Source of the DNA: a virus
Taxonomy: Duplodnaviria > Caudoviricetes
IMG/VR virus record: IMGVR_UViG_3300020414_000298
Location: 1 to 27,743 of that record
Length of the DNA: 27,743 nucleotides
Direction: 5' to 3' (one strand)
In this document: in pieces, positions 24,928 to 27,743 of the stretch
Numbering within the stretch: the first letter of the stretch is position 1
Layout: the number at the start of each line of letters is the position of its first letter
Translations under genes and position numbers: made by a program
The notes under the pieces: generated by a model
What the model was told of the DNA's origin: nothing
The model's database searches: none
What the model saw: only the letters and a program-made list of their open reading frames with translations

Positions 24928-24967
24928 ACCTGAAACTAGCGCGTCTACCAGATTCCGCCACATCCGC
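24928..24967 (-). mobile_element. Putative attP core: 5' half of tRNA-Leu(CAG)
   Basis: GCGGATGTGGCGGAATCTGGTAGACGCGCTAGTTTCAGGT comprises the acceptor 5' strand, D-arm and anticodon loop (CAG). No 3' half follows. It lies about 100 bp downstream of the integrase, as described for P-SSP7. Confidence 0.8.
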
Positions 24968-25063
24968 TGGCGCAACAGGGATCTCAAACCCCTGTCTGCC
25001 AAGAACATAGCAGTTGATGGTTTCAACCCCCCATTTGGCATGAGGGGTAGACGCGGTAGACCC

Positions 25064-26107
25064 TCAGGCTGCCCTAAAGATCTGCCCGTTGAGGTAGATG
25101 GCTCCGTCAGGAAGGACTACAGGCTCATTTGCTGCTGCCTTGGTAGGGGCATCAACAGGTGAGGGCAGAGATGCCTGAGCATCCATTGCCGCTTGGTTGT
25201 CCACGTCGCAATACTTCATTACGACTTCAAAATCCTTCCAGCCACCAACAGCCATCAGTTCACGAGGCTTCATCGTGCGGCCATACCAAGTTGCCCCGGT
25301 TGATCGCAACGACTTCCAAAGCACCTCGTCACCCAACATGCACTTGCGGCGCACGCGCTCAAAGCGACGTAGCAAGCGCTCACCATCTGGCACGCCACGG
25401 CTGTTAAGCCAATGCTGACCAAACACTTTTTCGTTCGGGTCATCAGCTTCATCAACCATGGTCTGGCAGATCTCACGGATGCGTGAGTGGATCGCTGTTG
25501 TACGGCCTGCCTCTTTGCCTTTGTTAATCAGACCTCTCCTCGGATCACCTCCGACGCGGATGTAACCCATTTCTAGATCGATGTCTTTGGCACGCAAGCG
25601 AAGCAATTCGCTTTGACGAACCATGGTGTAGGCAGAGAACAAGATGGCCTTTGCCAGGTACGGCATCTCAAAGAAATCATTGGCAACACGGGCAAGCTTT
25701 TCAACTTGCTCTTGCTTAAGCCAAACAACACTTTGAGGTGTTGGCTTTTCCTTGATCTTGAGATCAGGCATGTGGACGTTATGTCCACCAGCTTCACGGG
25801 TGAAGTTGAGCATGGTTGAGCCTGCTGTTATCACCTTGTTCAGTGTGCAGTTACTCATGCTCGGACGTTTCTTTTTCACATCAGCTTTGAGAGCATTCCA
25901 CCAGTAGCCGTTAGCCATGTTGGTGATCGACTCATTGCGTCCGCAAAAATTGAGAACGTGTTGGGAGTTGTAGTAGTTCGTCTTAGCCGAAGCCTTGCCG
26001 GACCACTTGTGTTCCATGGTGTAGTCGTACATCTGTCCGACAGTGCGCAGCCGAAGTTTTTTGGAATCCTCGGCCTCTGCTGTGCGAACAGCTCTGCGTG
26101 TGGGCAT
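25064..26107 (-). CDS. int: Tyrosine recombinase / integrase
   Basis: 347 aa. Box I YTMVRQSELLRL, K in NKGK, box II KSLRST (K replaces H of HxxR), GGW and catalytic Tyr in MKYC. Confidence 0.9.
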   Translation of the reverse strand: MPTRRAVRTAEAEDSKKLRLRTVGQMYDYTMEHKWSGKASAKTNYYNSQHVLNFCGRNESITNMANGYWWNALKADVKKKRPSMSNCTLNKVITAGSTMLNFTREAGGHNVHMPDLKIKEKPTPQSVVWLKQEQVEKLARVANDFFEMPYLAKAILFSAYTMVRQSELLRLRAKDIDLEMGYIRVGGDPRRGLINKGKEAGRTTAIHSRIREICQTMVDEADDPNEKVFGQHWLNSRGVPDGERLLRRFERVRRKCMLGDEVLWKSLRSTGATWYGRTMKPRELMAVGGWKDFEVVMKYCDVDNQAAMDAQASLPSPVDAPTKAAANEPVVLPDGAIYLNGQIFRAA

Positions 26108-26134
26108 GGGTCATGCAGCGGTGTGTACTAGGTG

Positions 26135-26143
26135 AGTATAACA
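26135..26143 (-). promoter_or_regulatory. Candidate sigma70 extended -10 promoter for int
   Basis: Minus strand TG-T-TATACT, 28 nt upstream of the int ATG. Confidence 0.45.
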
Positions 26144-26171
26144 CGGTAGACTCGGATCTACCACCTGCATT

Positions 26172-26336
26172 TTAGTCGAATCCCTCTGTACAGAAGGTGA
26201 GTTCAGGAGCTGCACACTCTTCCAACCAATCGCCGAGGGCAGCGAGTGCCGCCCCCTTGTCGTATTGGTCCGTTGCGACGTAGTGCTGAATGCGTTCAAC
26301 CATCGTTGAATTGGGTGCTGGTTTGAGGTCGTCCAT
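26172..26336 (-). CDS. Small hypothetical protein (54 aa)
   Basis: MDDLKPAPNSTMVERIQHYV...EGFD*, with a TAATG overlap with the RNA polymerase stop. Confidence 0.6.
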   Translation of the reverse strand: MDDLKPAPNSTMVERIQHYVATDQYDKGAALAALGDWLEECAAPELTFCTEGFD

Positions 26337-27742
26337 TAGCAAAAGAAGTAATCGGATTCATTCACCAGATCGATGTCCAAGGTGTCCTTAATCAGGTCGT
26401 CGGGTACTTCTACCCCCACCTCATTGGCCCACTCTTGAAGCACCGGGTGCTTGTACATCTCGGCAAAGTGAAGCCGGATTTGTTCGCCCATCTCACGCAT
26501 GTCACATGAGCGACCAAGGGTGCAGTCATGGATGACCATGAATGGCTTGTCCCAGTACGCAAATGTGTGGTGGATCAGTGCTGCATCTGCTGCGTGAACG
26601 ACGTTCGGCGCGAGAGCGTTCTTGTGGTGTGCCTTGTCAACCTCACCTGCACCATCAGCCACAACTGAGGTGACGATGCTGCCGAGGAGACGTGTCTTGA
26701 CTCGCTTTCCTTTTGGCTTGCGGAGGTCTTGTACAACCTCAAAGCCTGATGGCGATGTCCAGCGAATGACATCCTGTGTTTCAAGGATTTTGAGAGCTGA
26801 GCTTTGCAGCCAGTTCATTGCATTCACCGGGCCAGGAAAGATGGCCGGAATGGCTTCGTCGTAGATGGCATACACAATGTCGGAGAGCACACCAGGCTCA
26901 GAGAGATCTCTGCCCTGATCAACCAACTCCTTACGGATGTAGGCACGCGACGAATTGCGTGAAACTCCATAGGGAACCGTCATGCAAGTGCGCTTAGTCA
27001 CCTTGCGATTCATCCAAGAATCGTGCGGCTTGTCGAGCAACTTTGCTGCGTATTCAGCCACTGTTCTGTACCCATCCATTGGCTTATCACCAGGCGTGAG
27101 ATTCACGAGGCTTCCCCCGTGACCGTCAAGACTCATGGCGCAGAGGTGCTGATAGCCACTTTGAGTGGCGTCAACGCCCACTGGGAGCCCTGAAGTCCAC
27201 TTGGTTTTCCAGATGCAACACCGTGCAAACTCGCAGCAGCTCGCCATGAAGACCCATGGCTCAGCCGCAACCTCCCACTCAGGAATGGTCCCAATCGGAT
27301 CGCGTGCAATGCGTTCGATCAAGGGGAAGTTGTCGTAGGTCCAGTCGATGCGTGCATCCATGGACATCTTGTCGTTGCCGTATGCGTTGCTGACGTTGAA
27401 CGCCAGGTAGTACGGGTCAACGACTCCCTCCTCTGAGAAGTAGAGGAGACTGCGATCAAAGTCCGTGCCCTGTGGATTCAGAGCGGTGTTGTTGTAATAG
27501 ATGCGGCCACGGTAGTCCGCTGAACAGACGCAATAGAACGCAGGTTCATCGGCATACTTGTTCGCCACATACATCACTTCAGAGGTGCGCCAGTTCTTTT
27601 GTGCGAGCTGTGCGTTGTGATCCTCAATCTTGCGTCGAGCACGCTTGTACTCCTTTAGCTCTTCCTCTGTTGGGTGCTCACCTGGCGATGCAGGTGGGTC
27701 AATGAATTTGTCACAGCGGAATTTACCAATGGAGATTTGGTG
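26336..27742 (-). CDS. T7-like single-subunit RNA polymerase, C-terminal part (5' end outside window)
   Basis: DYRGRIY, LNPQG, motif A DATQSGYQH, motif B RKVTKRTCMTVPYG, PNVVHAADA, motif C IHDC and C-terminal YFFC. The frame is open to the window end. Confidence 0.97.
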   Translation of the reverse strand, partial: HQISIGKFRCDKFIDPPASPGEHPTEEELKEYKRARRKIEDHNAQLAQKNWRTSEVMYVANKYADEPAFYCVCSADYRGRIYYNNTALNPQGTDFDRSLLYFSEEGVVDPYYLAFNVSNAYGNDKMSMDARIDWTYDNFPLIERIARDPIGTIPEWEVAAEPWVFMASCCEFARCCIWKTKWTSGLPVGVDATQSGYQHLCAMSLDGHGGSLVNLTPGDKPMDGYRTVAEYAAKLLDKPHDSWMNRKVTKRTCMTVPYGVSRNSSRAYIRKELVDQGRDLSEPGVLSDIVYAIYDEAIPAIFPGPVNAMNWLQSSALKILETQDVIRWTSPSGFEVVQDLRKPKGKRVKTRLLGSIVTSVVADGAGEVDKAHHKNALAPNVVHAADAALIHHTFAYWDKPFMVIHDCTLGRSCDMREMGEQIRLHFAEMYKHPVLQEWANEVGVEVPDDLIKDTLDIDLVNESDYFFC

Positions 27743-27743
27743 C

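Noticed and set aside
24920-24967. Complete tRNA-Leu gene
   Set aside because: The anticodon stem 3' strand, variable arm, T-arm and acceptor 3' strand are missing.
26111-26299. Track ORF of 62 aa between RNA polymerase and int
   Set aside because: The alternative frame 26172..26336 has an ATG coupled to the polymerase stop and leaves the int promoter region free.

Overview
This window is the central part of a T7-like (Autographiviridae) cyanopodovirus genome, with all genes on the minus strand. From right to left: RNA polymerase (truncated), tyrosine integrase, a tRNA-Leu(CAG)-like att site, SSB, endonuclease I, primase-helicase, thioredoxin, DNA polymerase A, a PD-(D/E)XK nuclease, exonuclease, an NblA-like gene, DUF3310, MazG-like, class I ribonucleotide reductase, portal, scaffold, an outer-membrane-protein-like gene, a glutamine riboswitch with a DUF4278 peptide, major capsid protein, tail tubes A/B and internal virion proteins (the last truncated). 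The standout is the major capsid gene, which has no intact ORF because four small, ORF-less, related group I introns (206-233 nt) interrupt it. Removing them at canonical U|...G| junctions gives a 999-nt frame encoding a 332-aa T7-gp10-like capsid protein. All product calls come from motif recognition and gene order; no database searches were run.
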